From Octopus sinensis (lineage: Eukaryota), in assembly GCF_006345805.1 (NCBI RefSeq), contig NC_043014.1, positions 15,314,001 to 15,378,000 on the forward strand: 64,000 nucleotides of DNA, given 5' to 3'. This document shows positions 1 to 12,370 of this stretch, piece by piece. Under the pieces are notes generated by a model. That model was given only the letters and a program-made list of their open reading frames with translations, was not told the origin of the DNA and made no database searches. Positions within the stretch are counted from its first letter, which is position 1, and each line of letters begins with the position of its first letter. A program made the position numbers and the translations under genes.

Positions 1-125
1 CGGAAACTGAAAGAAGCCCGCTCTGTATATGTGTGTGTGTGTGTCCCTCACCACTGCTTGACAACTGGTGTTGGTTTGTTTATACCATTCAGCAAAAGAG
101 CCGAATAGAATAAACACCAGGCTTT
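1..125 (+). mobile_element. Partial SINE family A (tRNA/CORE-type, Octopus OR-like), middle/3' part
   Basis: cggaaactgaaagaagcccg..(TG)n..cttgacaactggtgttggtttgtttat matches full copies in the window such as 56805-57205. Confidence 0.8.
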
Positions 126-1210
126 GCTTTGACTAAAAACTCTTCAGAAAAAAAAACAGGAGAAAGAGGGGGGAGAGAGAGAGAGGGAAAGAGAGAGAGC
201 AAAGCAGCCCAGTTGGTGCTGTAACAATCCCAGAAATCCACCGCCTTGAATTAATACTTTTTTTTTTTAATTGACCTTGAAAAGATGGAGGCAAAGCTGA
301 TCTCAACGGGATTTGATCTCGAAAATATGTGAGTCGTCAGACAAATACTGCGAGACATTTAGTCCAACGCCCTAACACTATCGGCTTTGCCAATTCACCA
401 TTTGCCGTGTTAATGCAACGCAATACCGATGACTTGATAATGAACCGCCAAACCTTCAGTCAGTCTTTCAGCTGCAACTGGAAGAAGGGGCTGGAATGAC
501 ACTGATCTATACTCGCCTCCCTAACCCATTATAAAACACAGAACCTCCCTCCCTCTTTCTGTCCCTGTACCTCTGCTCTAATATGACTTAGCCCATACTC
601 GGCAGTTCTCGGCTCCTTTCATATTCATGGCTGCTTAATTCACTTGTAAATTCTTTTGTCAACTAGTTAACCTATTCACAGACCACATCTGCTGGCAATG
701 TTTGTGTTAAAAAAGGCTTCTCACATGTAAACTATTTGAACTGTAAATTCTATTGTCAATTCAGATTAACCCTTTTATATTTCATATTTGTTAGAAAGCA
801 ATTGTAACGGCTACTTACACATACTATTTTCACTTTACAAATCTAATTCACTGACCACATCTGCTGATACGAATTGTATAATGACTATGCTATATCACAA
901 TTCAAATTTGTCGAGTCGGCTCGATTCAACAGAAAGCTCTCGGGAACATTCTTGATGATGATGCAGAAAACTGCTATGCTACAAACGTAAAGACAAGCAA
1001 AAACAAAAGCCACGAACCACAATGGTGGTTGACTGCACTTAAAGCGCTCTTGCAAAATGCACGCAAAGCAAGTAATGGCTGATGATCCAAACTACACGGT
1101 TATGCTGAAAGACGACGACACTGCAATAAAATCAACCCCAATCGCACGTATACGTACATTCCCCATCCAGACATGTCGCCAAAACGTCGTTCAGACCATA
1201 CAGAAGCTTG

Positions 1211-1606
1211 GGATTTTTTCGGTTTGAACGGCAGTTTTTTCTAGCGGTGTCATATGAAATTGTCACCCATAATTATCGATCTATTGCATTTCAATCTGTT
1301 TTAGGGTTAGGGGTGGGGGGAAGGGTATCTTTTTTCTTCAGAAATGTAAATAAACCCAATCTGTTTCTTAAACGAGGGACATATTCATACGGCACAGAAT
1401 GTTTTCAACTCAATAGACATCATTGATTGGTTGAAATTGCAGAAATTGAAGAAAAAAAAAACAAATATCTTACAAACCATAGAATTTTCTCAATAAAGCT
1501 AAGAGAAAAAGATGTTTTATAAACATTCTACCAGTATACGAAATTTAAAAGTGTTTAGTTACGTGGAAATCATTTTAAAAAACTGCCGTTCAAACCGAAA
1601 AGATCC
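1211..1606. mobile_element. MITE with ~29-bp TIRs (GGATC...GATCC family)
   Basis: ggattttttcggtttgaacggcagttttt ... aaaaactgccgttcaaaccgaaaagatcc; near-identical to 18004-18398; flanks gaagcttg/aaagcttc may be a decayed 8-bp TSD. Confidence 0.85.
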
Positions 1607-2079
1607 AAAGCTTCCTTGCAGAATCCGGAATTATTTTCTCACAGAAGTGAAGGCCATCTTGGCAGAACCGTTAACAACTTGGACAAAGTGCTTGGCGCCA
1701 TAAATCCTGCTGAAGTCAACTTTGCTTTTTTTCATCTTTTTAGGGGGTCGATTAAAAAAATAAAATAAGTACCAGTTGAACAGTGGGGTCGATATAATCG
1801 ACTTAATACCTCCCTGAAATTTGAAACCAATATTAAAACCAAACTTTAAAAGTCGAATGTTCAATAAAACACGCTGTCACTCTGATATGCAATGAACCAT
1901 TACCCAAATATCTAATTAGATTTCTCCTCAAGATCTCAGAAGGTTGGGCCTCCAACAAAGCCTTTCATGGTGCCCTTAAAGCCAGGAACTTTTCAGCATC
2001 TCCTCGTATGTGTGTATGCGTGGTGTGTACGTACATATGTATACATGTGTGTTTGTATGCATACACCTATATATATATA

Positions 2080-2272
2080 GTTAATCCAAACATGAAAATA
2101 CAACGACGTGAAGACGTGGAACAAATATAGTATTATTGGACGCTCATGAAGAAAAGGAAGAAGGAGGGTTTAACGTTTCGAGCGGAGCTCTTCGTCGGAA
2201 ACACAGGAAAAGGAAAGATCCAGAGAAGGGAAGACGGAGGAAAAAAATCACCAACGGTACACACGCGGTCAC

Positions 2273-2274
<2 letters not shown>
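2080..2274 (-). mobile_element. Hammerhead-bearing non-autonomous element, family H1 (Penelope-derived/retrozyme-like)
   Basis: Homologous to 8412-8607 and 15898-16091; flanked by (TA)n; contains motif at 2168-2202. Confidence 0.7.
2168..2202 (-). ncRNA. Minimal type I hammerhead-like motif (variant core CCGACGA)
   Basis: Minus strand reads GTTT-CCGACGA-A-GAGC-TCC-GCTC-GAAAC-GTT-AAAC: stem I GTTT/AAAC, stem II GAGC/GCTC, loopless stem III. Confidence 0.55.
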
Positions 2275-2308
<34 letters not shown>

Positions 2309-3148
2309 CATACATACATTCACACTTGACCAAGGTGCTGTACAGTGGGACTGAACCCAAGACACATGGCTGGGAAACAAGCTTCTTAATCACGCAGCCA
2401 CGCTTGCGCCTCATTGCATGGGAAATCTCAGGCTATCAAAGTTACTTCAACTCGCTTCATATTACACAGGTTGAGACTCTACCGTATACATACTAAACAT
2501 GCAGTGCACTCTCCTCAGGCATTCTCTCTCGGCGGCCATACTATCGGCATTCCATAGAAGCTGATCAAAGCCCTACCCACTGTTTTTGGCCTTCCTATAT
2601 ATTTTATTGCAGGTGGAGGGGCTGTGGATATCAGATTTACCGCCAAATAAACCCAGTCTTCATTGTGTGACCCTGTTTGTTCACTAATCTACTTCAGTCC
2701 TCCTACGTTTTCTTCTTTGCGTTAAACTGATACATAGGTATGGAACTAAATGCATTCTGATTGCGTGTGTCACAATGCGCTAGATTGGTTACCACGGGTA
2801 CACTTTTGGGTAGGTCCACACACGCACGCACGCACACAAGAGCAAATATTTTTTTTCAAATAACCCATAAAATACAGACAGTAATTGTTTGCAGTTGTAA
2901 AAGGTTAGTTTGTAAATGTAGTAACAGTTGTTGTTGCTGTCGTCGTTGTTGTTGTTGTTGTTAGTAGTAGTAGTAGTAGTAGTAGTAATAATAGTAGTAG
3001 TAGTAGTAGTAGTAGTAGTGTAATAGAGTGTTGGTGACGGCTAGTTCAATAAGGTTTTGATCTATGAAAGGACCGTTGTTATTGTGTCAGCTACGGATGA
3101 GTCATACTACACACAGAAAAAAATGTTTTCTTTTTACTGTTTACTATT

Positions 3149-3179
<31 letters not shown>

Positions 3180-3399
3180 GCTGCTGCTGCTACTGCGGCC
3201 GCCGCCAGCACCGCTGTCTCCCCTACCGCCATTCCATCTCTTTCAACCGTCACTACACAACGAACAGCAGCTAATGAGACCCAAACTTGTATGAATTATT
3301 GCAGTGCAAGTTTCATGACTGCTCTGACCCGTCTATCACATCTGATACACCGGACGTATTTCCGAAGCGTCCGTGCATCATAAAACGTCCATTTTTTTT

Positions 3400-3850
3400 A
3401 TCCTTTACATGTTTCGGTCATTGGGCTACGGGCCAGGCTGGAACACCACATCGAAGGGTTTAGTCGAACAGATCGATACCAGTACTTATTTTTTTAATTC
3501 CCTAAGTCTAGCCCTTAGTTTATCGGTTTCTTTCTTTCTTTTTTTGTGGGCTGCTAGTTAAGGGGACGTAAACGAACCAACGCCGGTTGTCAAGCAGTGG
3601 TGAGAGGAACAAACAACGCCGCACGTGCGCACACACACATACACACACAGAGTTTCCATCTACCAAATCCACACAAAAGGCATTGGTCGGCCTTATACAT
3701 GTACGACGAGCTTCTTTCAGTTTCCGTCAACTAAGATTTATTCACAAGGCTTTGGTCAGCCCGTGGCAATAGTAGAAAGACACTTGCCATAGGTGCCACG
3801 CAGTGGGACTGAACCTGGAACAATGTGGTTGGGAAACATACTTATTACAC
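3400..3850 (-). mobile_element. SINE family A, diverged near-full copy
   Basis: Reverse complement of family A head (gtgccacgcagtgggactgaacc), CORE-like segment and 3' domain. Confidence 0.85.
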
Positions 3851-3894
3851 CCCATCAGAGTAACTTAGGGTTTATGAAAGACAAATCCTTATAT

Positions 3895-4000
3895 TACTCG
3901 GAACATATGAAACAGGGGCTTAACTAAAAGTCTGGAAACGAAGATGGACGTTTAGGACAAACTTATGAGAATATTTTGGACAGAGAAAACGCTAAAGTTG
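3895..4000 (+). mobile_element. Possible RTE-type LINE remnant
   Basis: tatgaaacaggggcttaactaaaagtctggaaacgaagatggacg resembles, with a frameshift, the ETW-x-LTK-x-LE-x-KMD segment downstream of RTE RT. Confidence 0.35.
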
Positions 4001-5009
4001 GAGGTGACGCCTTTCACTTGCAGAGTTTTCTTTGCAGTTTCGTCCATGAAAATCCACCCGAACGGCACTCCGGCCCCGCCACCAAGGAGTGTATAAAATT
4101 GTTATCGACAAACTACGGACCTGCAGGACTTTCTAAATAGCACGCCTTGTAATAGATTGCTTTTTTTTTAAATATATATTTTAGTAGAGTGGTCCGCCTG
4201 GTCATAAACCATGTCTCATGCTGACAGCTTCTCGAAAAGGGTTGCCTGTGCCTGCTATAAAGAGTTGCTCATCCTACTAGAAACAGCAGTCAAATCACAT
4301 AATTGTCAGGAAAGAGGAGTTAAAAAGAAGAGCAGAGCAATTAACGATGAGGTTCTCTATGCACTATGTCTAAAGAACTATGAGATGGTCACGGTTGGAA
4401 CGCCTTCGATCATTAAGTCTGTTCAATCTAGGCTTATCCAGACATAAACAACAACAGACCACATCTGACGGACGAGTACTGCCAACCACAACCACCGCAC
4501 AGACTGTCAGAGTGCATTCCATAGGTTAACCAATGAATGTTAAAATACAATCCTCTTTCTCCTCCTTTTTACACAAGGCATATGGTAGGCACATCAGCAA
4601 TAATAAGCCAATGTAGTGTCAACTATTTTGGTCGTTCAATTATTTCATTCATGTGCTACCATAACTCTTTATAACATTATTCAGTGTACTCTCTCTCTCT
4701 TATGTACACAGCGAATGTGTAGCAGCTGGTGGAAGGTGAACGGGTACAAAACTGTAATACCAGACAGAAAGAGTATTACTAACACACACACACATACTAT
4801 CTATCTATCTATCTATCTATCTATACACACACACTCACACACGTTATCTATTAACATATCTATATATCTATTAATCGTCTAAATTGCACTATTTTTTACT
4901 TGAATTTTAAATGAAAAAACTAGGATGCAACTTACATATTGATCTAGCTGACTCTTTCAGTTAATTTCTCACCCTTACTAAGAATACATATCTTTATTAT
5001 GGCAAAATG

Positions 5010-5375
5010 AAATGCCTAGCGGTATTTCGCCTGTCGCTACGTTCTGAGTTCAAATTCCGCCGAGGTCGACTTTGCCTTTCATCCTTTCGGGATCGATTAA
5101 AAAGTACCAGTTACGCACTGGGGTCGATATAATCGACTTAATCCAGTTGTTTGTCCACTCTATGTTTAGCTCCTTGTAGGTAATAAAGAAATAGGTATTT
5201 CGTCTGCTGTTACGTTCTGAGTTCAAATTCCGCCGAGGTCGACTTGGCCTTTCATCCTTTCAGGGGGTCGATAAATTAAGTACCAGTTACGCACTGGGGT
5301 CGATATAATTGACTTAATCCCTTTGTCATTGTTTGCCTCCTCTATGTTTAGCCCCTTGTGGGTAGTAAAGAAATA
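5010..5375 (+). mobile_element. SINE family B (tRNA-derived, B-box gagttcaaattcc), two tandem 5'-truncated bodies
   Basis: Two units ggtatttcg..gagttcaaattccgccgaggtcgac..ccccttgtgggtagtaaagaaata joined by gaaata|ggtatttcgtc. Confidence 0.9.
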
Positions 5376-5399
5376 AGTGCAGCAACTACCACAAGAGCG

Positions 5400-6870
5400 G
5401 CTAGAAGAAGAGGCTAAGCCCCATAACTCTCTCAGGTGAGCAGATACCAGCGAGACTGATGTTACTTGAACAATAACAAATCGATGGCAGCGTATAGGAA
5501 ATGAATTCCGGAGCGAGACACAGGGTGGGGTAGAAAGGATTGGGTGTAGTGGCTAGTGCAGGTGTGGATGATGAATATGAGTCGGAGGAGGAGTTGGAGG
5601 AATGAGCGAATTAGAAGTGCTTAAGCAGACGTGACACCAGGACTAGAGACCATAGTCATGGCAGCAGTAAAGAAAGACAAAGAAGACCAGAAGATGGAGA
5701 GTGCCAGTGAGCAATTTCATGCCAGTCAACCGAATGGCTTTTATTTGAGAGGAGAGGAATATTGTCTAGGAAATTTGTGTATTGCAGCTGCACCTTCCCG
5801 GAAGGTTAGAGCAGGACCCTGTTATAGACCTCACTTGAGTTCTGTAGAGAGATAATTGTTGTGGGTCGAAGTATTTTCTGGCTCTGTTCGTTGAAGCATC
5901 CATGGCTATGTTGGGACTGAGAGTTCGCGAAGAGAAATGATCAGTTGTGGTGAGTCCTGGTTTTTGAAGCTATCAGGAGGGTTTCTAGTTGTGTGACTTT
6001 GTATTATTAAGGGGGGGGGGGCAAGATAGGCAAGACCCCATTGTAAAACGTTTTTGAGGTTTTTATTCATGGACTTAGTAAAGGCTTACCATAAGCTGTC
6101 CAGATTGTAGGTGGATCTCGTTCGGATGTGGAGGACTAGTGAGGGGTGAAATGCGATGTAATCTACGAAGGAGTGGGAGTCGTTGGGAATGATGGCAAGT
6201 AGTTTGTTAATCGATATGGAGGAGGGAGATTGTATAAGGGATACGGAGTCAGTGAAGGCTTACCATAAGGGATCTAGCTCGTTTGAGTGTGACAGACAAG
6301 TGATCAGTGAAGGGTGACATTATCAGCGTGGGAGTGGGTGTTGATGGAGGTGATGGCAAGCAGCTTGTTGGTGTACAGGAAGAAGGTAGATTGTGTGGTG
6401 ACGAAAATGAAACCCTGGGACACACAAGAGTGTATAGGAAATGGGTCTGAGAGAGCTTCATCCACACATTGCTGCGACGGTACCATATAAAAGGAAGCCA
6501 TGAATCTAAGGGGAAAAAGAAGGGCGAAGCCCACAGGCGAGCAACGTTACCAGGAGATTCGCGTGCCACATAATGATGAAGGCTACAACATCACTTTCAC
6601 CAAATTTCAGAAGACGAAAGCCCACCAGAGAGAGAGAGGGGGGGATGAGAGAGGAGTGCTTGCAGCACAGTCATAAAGCATGGACATACTGGGCAGTTGA
6701 CCAGGGCTCCCAGAGGTCTTGGGGCCAAAATCTGATCTATGTCTGCTGTGGCTTCCTGTCAACAAATAAATACCATTGGGTCCAATGCACTGATTCGTCT
6801 GGTGACCTAGAAAGCTACTAAGACGGCCCTGAATATTAGTCGAAGACAGGGACTAATGTTTTAGGATAGA
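5400..6870 (-). mobile_element. Decayed non-LTR retrotransposon ORF2 (CR1/L2/Jockey-group RT plus C-terminal region)
   Basis: Minus-strand translations FGESDVVAF..WHANLL; VDEALSDPFPIHSCVSQG..FFLYTNKLLAITSINTHSHADNVTLH (QG and YADD-equivalent motifs); ARKYFDPQQLSLYRTQVRSITGSC; multiple frameshifts and stops. Confidence 0.85.
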
Positions 6871-7529
6871 TTGCTTAGGACAAGTGTTTTAGGGCAGACT
6901 GCTCAGGACAAGTAATCTTCTTGGTATGAATTGACCGGAAGTACTTTCACATATGACATGTATGTTGAACGTACTAAAGATGAATTTGGCTGAGTGGAAA
7001 GGGGTATTTTTGAAGTAGGTTTACAAAGGGCGTGTGCTGCATGAAATTTGGTGCAATGTTGGTAGCAAATAGCTACGGAAGCAGGAGAACTTGCTCAAAG
7101 GATAATCATATGCCAAGAAACGGACCAAGCTGGTTTCGGCTAATTTGGTAGAGAAATCCTTTTGGTATGGGTTACTTGTTAATTTGGTCGTCAAAGAAGC
7201 TAAGTTATATAAACCATTGAATCATTTTACGAATGAAAAGAGGTGTATGGTGACGGCAGTGGGAATAAAACATTCCAACTATGAAGAGAATTTCGTTTTC
7301 TTTTATATAACAGAAGACGGCGACTGTGGCGAAGGTGGAGAAGGCGACGGAGGCGGCGGCGATATCGCTTTTATCTTTTAATCTTTAATATTGCATTGTG
7401 GTCTTTTGTTGTTGTTGTTACTAGTTTGTTTGCTTCAGGGTCTTTTTAAATGACGTGTATTTTGGGTGTGATTGTGTATTCATGTGACTGTGTGTGTGCG
7501 TATGTGTATTCAGAAAGATACGAGGAAAG

Positions 7530-7546
7530 AGAGAGACAGACAGAGA

Positions 7547-7589
<43 letters not shown>

Positions 7590-7722
7590 ACACAAAGAGA
7601 GAGAGAGACAAAGAGAGATGAAAGAGAGAGACAGACAGACAGACAGAGACAAAGAGAGAGAGAGAGAGAGACAGACAAAGAGAGAGAGAGAGAAAGAGAG
7701 AGAGACAGACAGACAGAGACAA

Positions 7723-7790
<68 letters not shown>
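7530..7790. repeat. Compound (GA)n/(GACA)n microsatellite
   Basis: Direct inspection; source of the poly-ER/LS ORFs. Confidence 0.95.
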
Positions 7791-7791
<1 letters not shown>

Positions 7792-7887
7792 TACTGTGAG
7801 AGGTAAAGTAGCAAACAGCTTGGTAAAGAAGTCTCGGAAATAGAAATGAAACGGAAAGAAATAGATAAATATTAAGAGAGAGAGAGG

Positions 7888-7918
<31 letters not shown>

Positions 7919-8411
7919 TTTATGAGAAATTCGAAAGACGAAGAGAGAAGATAACTACCATACATTGTTAGAGATAAACATTGAGATGGAAGTGGGGTGG
8001 TAATAGAGAGTAGTCATGGGCAACCTGCGGCCCGCCTGGCGAAAAAATTTATCCAGAAACGGTGGACCAAAAAAGGAGGCTCGAAGATACGAAGGTTAGG
8101 GAAAGTACAATGCAAAAACAAAAAAAGACATCAGACGGAAGTAGAAAGCCAAACCAGACAAACAGAATAAGAAAAAAAGAGGGCGAAGAAAGAGAGGACA
8201 GAAAATGAAAACAAAGAGAAGAAAAAGGAGAAAACGAGAGGGGAATAGAAGAAAGACATATGTAAGCATAAGAGGGAGAGAGAGAAGAGGGAAACAATAA
8301 TAATAGACTTAAGAGAAAGAGAGAAGATGAGCAAACAATAAAAGGGGAAGAATAAAAAGAAAAAGAGGGAGAAATGACAACGATAGGACGATATATATAT
8401 ATATATATATA

Positions 8412-8607
8412 GTTAATCCAAACAAGAAAAACAAAAACAAAAAAACAAGGCAAGGACGTGGAACAAATAAAGTATTATTGGACGCTCAGGAAAGAAGGAG
8501 GGTTTGACGTTTCGAGCGGAGCTCTTCGTCGGAAACATAGGAGAAGGAAAGATCCCGAGAAGGGAAGACAGGGGAAAAAATCGCTAGTGATACAGACGAG
8601 GTCACAT
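8412..8607 (-). mobile_element. Family H1 element with hammerhead-like motif at 8502-8536
   Basis: Minus: GTTT-CCGACGA-A-GAGC-TCC-GCTC-GAAAC-GTC-AAAC (GUC triplet); (TA)n on both sides. Confidence 0.75.
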
Positions 8608-8618
8608 ATATATATATA

Positions 8619-9316
8619 CTAGCTGACGTACACGGTAATTCCTGGAAAATCGGGGCTTATCCCTTGGTTCCGTTCTCATTATTGTTTCGCTAACAACAAT
8701 ACAAAGTATGTAGCCCTTCAAACGGTTTTTGTGCATTTACAGAGAATAGTGATCTTGTTTTTAGGAATTCCCAATAAGTAATGAATATCCAAATTGTGAA
8801 GTCAGTTATGTAATAACATGAAATTAGTTACCCGATAGTAAGAATTCAAATAAAGTAGTCCCGAAAAGGACTTTAATGCGTTCCCAGGGTATATAGAACT
8901 TAGGAGAAAATTCTAATATAGTATGTATACTGAAATCGTGAAGCATGTTACGCAATAACAGGCTAATCGGATATGAGATAACAATTCAAAGTAAATAAAT
9001 CTGAAGGGCTTTTGTACGTTCCCAGAGAATATACCCCAGAGGCGCTAGTGTTGTTATATTTGTGAATAAGTCAATAACCAAAATAAGTGGATCTATTGTT
9101 TAGGAAAATGCTATTTACTTGTTTAAGAGTTGTACTGGATAAATTGCAAAAATAACTCTAACAATTCAAAAACTAAGAAATAAGCATACTCAATTTCATT
9201 TATATCAAATGATTTACGAAAATGAACGGATTATTACCCTTGGCTGTTAAAATCTGGGCGAATGGGTTATTTCCCTTGACTGTTAAAATGAAATATATTA
9301 GATATATATATAAGGA
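8619..9316 (-). mobile_element. Non-autonomous Helitron
   Basis: Minus strand starts A|TCCTTATATATAT (9316) and ends ...CAGCTAG|T (8619), matching the TC...CTRR and A/T insertion rule. Confidence 0.55.
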
Positions 9317-9479
9317 TCCCTTCCAGGGGCCCTATTATCGATTTTTTTTCAAATACCATGAAATTTCCAGACACGTGTCAAGTTTCATCAAAATCGATAA
9401 AACGATGCAGGAGAAGTTATCTAACAACTCCACAAACACACCCACAGACAGAATTCCCCACATATGTAGTAGATATACA

Positions 9480-9800
9480 TGTGGAGGAGCAATGGCACAG
9501 TGGTTAGGGCAGCGGACTAGCGGTTTCGATTCCCAGACCGGGCGTTGTGAGTGTTTATTGGGCGAAAACACCTGCTGTACCCTTTCATCATGATTTTCTC
9601 TCATTCTTTCTTCCTGTTTCTGTCGTACCTGTATTTCAAAGGGCCAGCCTTGTCACACTCTGTGTCATGCTGAATCTCCCCGAGAAATATGTTAAGGGTT
9701 CACGTGTCTGTGGAGTGCTCAGCCACTTGCACGTTAATTTCACGAGCAGGCTGTTCCGTTGATCGGATCAACTATAACCCTCGTCATCGTAACCGACGGA
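9480..9800 (+). mobile_element. SINE family C (tRNA head gtggaggcgcaatggcccagtggttagggcagcgg), internally deleted
   Basis: Colinear with 43982-44363 but lacks the central ctccacgaggctccggcagggg block. Confidence 0.9.
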
Positions 9801-9801
9801 A

Positions 9802-9832
<31 letters not shown>

Positions 9833-10609
9833 AATAGACAAAGAGAAAGAGAGAAATAGACAAAGAGAAAGAGAAAAATAGACAAAGAGAAAGAGAGAAA
9901 TAGACAGAGAAATAGAGAGAGAGAGAGGGACAAACACTAAAGTGGCGGAGGAAGGGAGTAAAAACAAGACGCACGAAACATAAAAATGTCGGCCATAAAA
10001 CATGAAACTTTATTACCAAATTTAATTAGTTTCGTAATTGTGAACGCTACCAACTATTAACATATTAAAAGACAATTATGAAGTGCTGTTATTTCTTTTG
10101 AACAGTAAATTCATTGTCACTACTGCTTGCTTACACCATACATTAAGAAAAACTTAATACTTGTCCTTGGCACTCTATATATTTTCCGCTTATTGTCTTC
10201 GTAACTATAACTGTTGCTTTTGTAATTGTTGTTAGGTTAGTGCTGATCGATCAGACAGACCTATGATCATAAACATTCCAGCAACGACTATCCCGCCCTT
10301 TTTCTCTTTTTTTCCCTCGGTATGGAGAGGAATCCAGGACATCATTACCCAAATGTGTCCCCTTTTTTTCTAGCCATTTTTAAGACTATAGGATGTGTTT
10401 TGAAAGAGATTCACAAACATACACACACACACACATATATATATATATACACACACGTACTTATACGTACACTTTCATAGCTCGCTTTATAAACCACGCG
10501 ATTTCAGGTTCAGCCGCACCGCGCGGCATTTTGAGTGTTGTCCTCTAATAGCCTAGAACACTCAATGCCTTGTAAGAGAATTTTGTAGACGGAAACTGTG
10601 TGGAAGGCC

Positions 10610-10648
<39 letters not shown>

Positions 10649-10915
10649 GCGCGCGCGGAGCGGAGTGGTGCTTGTACATCACATACCCCCAACTTTTGAC
10701 GGCCGGTGTTGGTTTGTTGACGTCCGGTACCTTAGCGCTTCGGTAAAAGATGCCGACAGCATAAGTACCAGACTAAGAAACATAGGTACTGGGGTCGATT
10801 TTTTTCGATTAAAAAACCTTCAAGGCGGTGATCCAGCATGGCCACAGTCCAATGACTGAAACACGTATAAGATAAAAGATATACATACATACAACACAAT
10901 ATTCACAACACATAT

Positions 10916-11304
10916 TCTTTTACTCTTTTACTTGTTTCAGTCATTTGACTGCGGCCATACTGGAACACCGCCTTTAGTCGAGCAAATCGACCCTGGGACT
11001 TATTTTTTGTAAGTCCAGTACTTATTCTATCAGTCTCTTTTGCCGAACCGCCAAGTTACAGGGACATAAACACACCAGCATCGGTTGTCAAGCAATGGTA
11101 GGGGGGACAAACAGAGACACACAAACATAAAATTATATACATATATACGACGGGCTTCTTTCAGTTTCCGTCTACCAAATCCACTCACAAGGCTTTGGTC
11201 GGCCCGAGGCTATAGTAGAAGACATTTGCCCAAGGTACCATGCAGTGGGACTGAACCCGGAGCTTTGTGGTTGGTAAGCAAGCTACTTATCACACAGCCA
11301 CTCC
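10916..11304 (-). mobile_element. SINE family A, full-length
   Basis: Reverse complement of 56805-57205. Confidence 0.92.
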
Positions 11305-11372
11305 TAAATGCATAAACATAATATACATATATACTATAACACACACACAAGGATGTGTGTGTGTGTGTGTGT

Positions 11373-11413
<41 letters not shown>

Positions 11414-11832
11414 TCTTTGTACTTTAACATTGACATATGGAGTAAGTACTACTGAAACAGCAAGATTAATGTCACGCTCGCAGATAAATGCCGCATGTTT
11501 TAACAGCCAGTATATTTAATGTGTTTATAAATAATAGAGAAATTGTAGTAAGAAATGCCGTGGTATAATCCTTCGTCAGCCTTCATAGAACAACAGATAG
11601 GCAGGCTTATGATCAAAAGCATTCTGAACTATAAACATCATACCGTCATTTTCTTTTCTTTTCGCTTTGCTTAGTACATAGTCTCCTCTTGATATTACAT
11701 AATGTGCACTTCCTGTTTCATTTTTGTGATTTTTGGAAGGTACGGTCGTAATATAAAGGAAGTTACGTTGACTTTTTTTTCTTTCTAGGTCTGACAGACG
11801 ACCACCACGTAACAGATTTCCGTGTTGTTTTG

Positions 11833-11952
11833 ATGGTGGTGGTGGTCACGGTTTCTGACCTCAGGCTAGTAATAATCGAGCAAATCCAATGGTCAAAGAC
11901 GTCCTAATCGTGACCTCAACAGTCATGGGTAAACTACGGCCCGCTAGATTTT
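11833..11952 (+). repeat. 120-bp segment duplicated identically at 13843-13962
   Basis: Base-by-base identity by eye (atggtggtggtggtcacgg...ggcccgctagatttt). Confidence 0.92.
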
Positions 11953-12110
11953 TCTGAATGGCACGCTTAACGATGAGCCGTGTCTCATGTGGCCCGCTTC
12001 TCGAAAAAGGTTGCTCGTGTCTACACTACACAGCCGAACGAGTCCTCTTGTAAAAGCGCAGAATACGATTTGAGTTATTTAAGGGAAATTTGGCTCTTAT
12101 TTCTAGCGGA

Positions 12111-12370
12111 GGATCTTTACCTTTTGACCTACAGATTTAACAAATAATTTTTTGTAACTAAACACTTTCAAACTTCGGACACTGGTAGAATGTGTCATAT
12201 AAAACATCTTTTACTCTTAGCATTTTTAAGAAAAACTTATATTTAGGAAGTTATTTCACATTAAAGTTGTAGTATTTCGGTAATTTCAACCAATCAATGA
12301 CGTGTATTCAGCTGAATAAAATTACTGCCGTTGTTTGTCAACAACTATCGGCGGTGTATTTTTCGTTTGT
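12111..12370 (+). mobile_element. Truncated GGATC-TIR MITE (same subfamily as 58371-58880)
   Basis: ggatctttaccttttgacc terminus; body matches 58620-58880 in reverse. Confidence 0.75.

Noticed and set aside
1070-1125. CTGATGA...GAAA spacing resembling a hammerhead
   Set aside because: No stem II, stem III or stem I pairing could be formed.
2884-2910. Possible 9-nt microexon gcag|TTGTAAAAG|gttagt
   Set aside because: Weak polypyrimidine tract, opposite strand to the other candidates, and no supporting context.
7421-7965. Long ORFs such as poly-ER/LS, YI, CV, HT and YLSI peptides (also 12923-13593, 20744-21349, 42506-43081, 50755-51249, 60174-61578)
   Set aside because: All are translations of microsatellites, which lack stop codons by composition.
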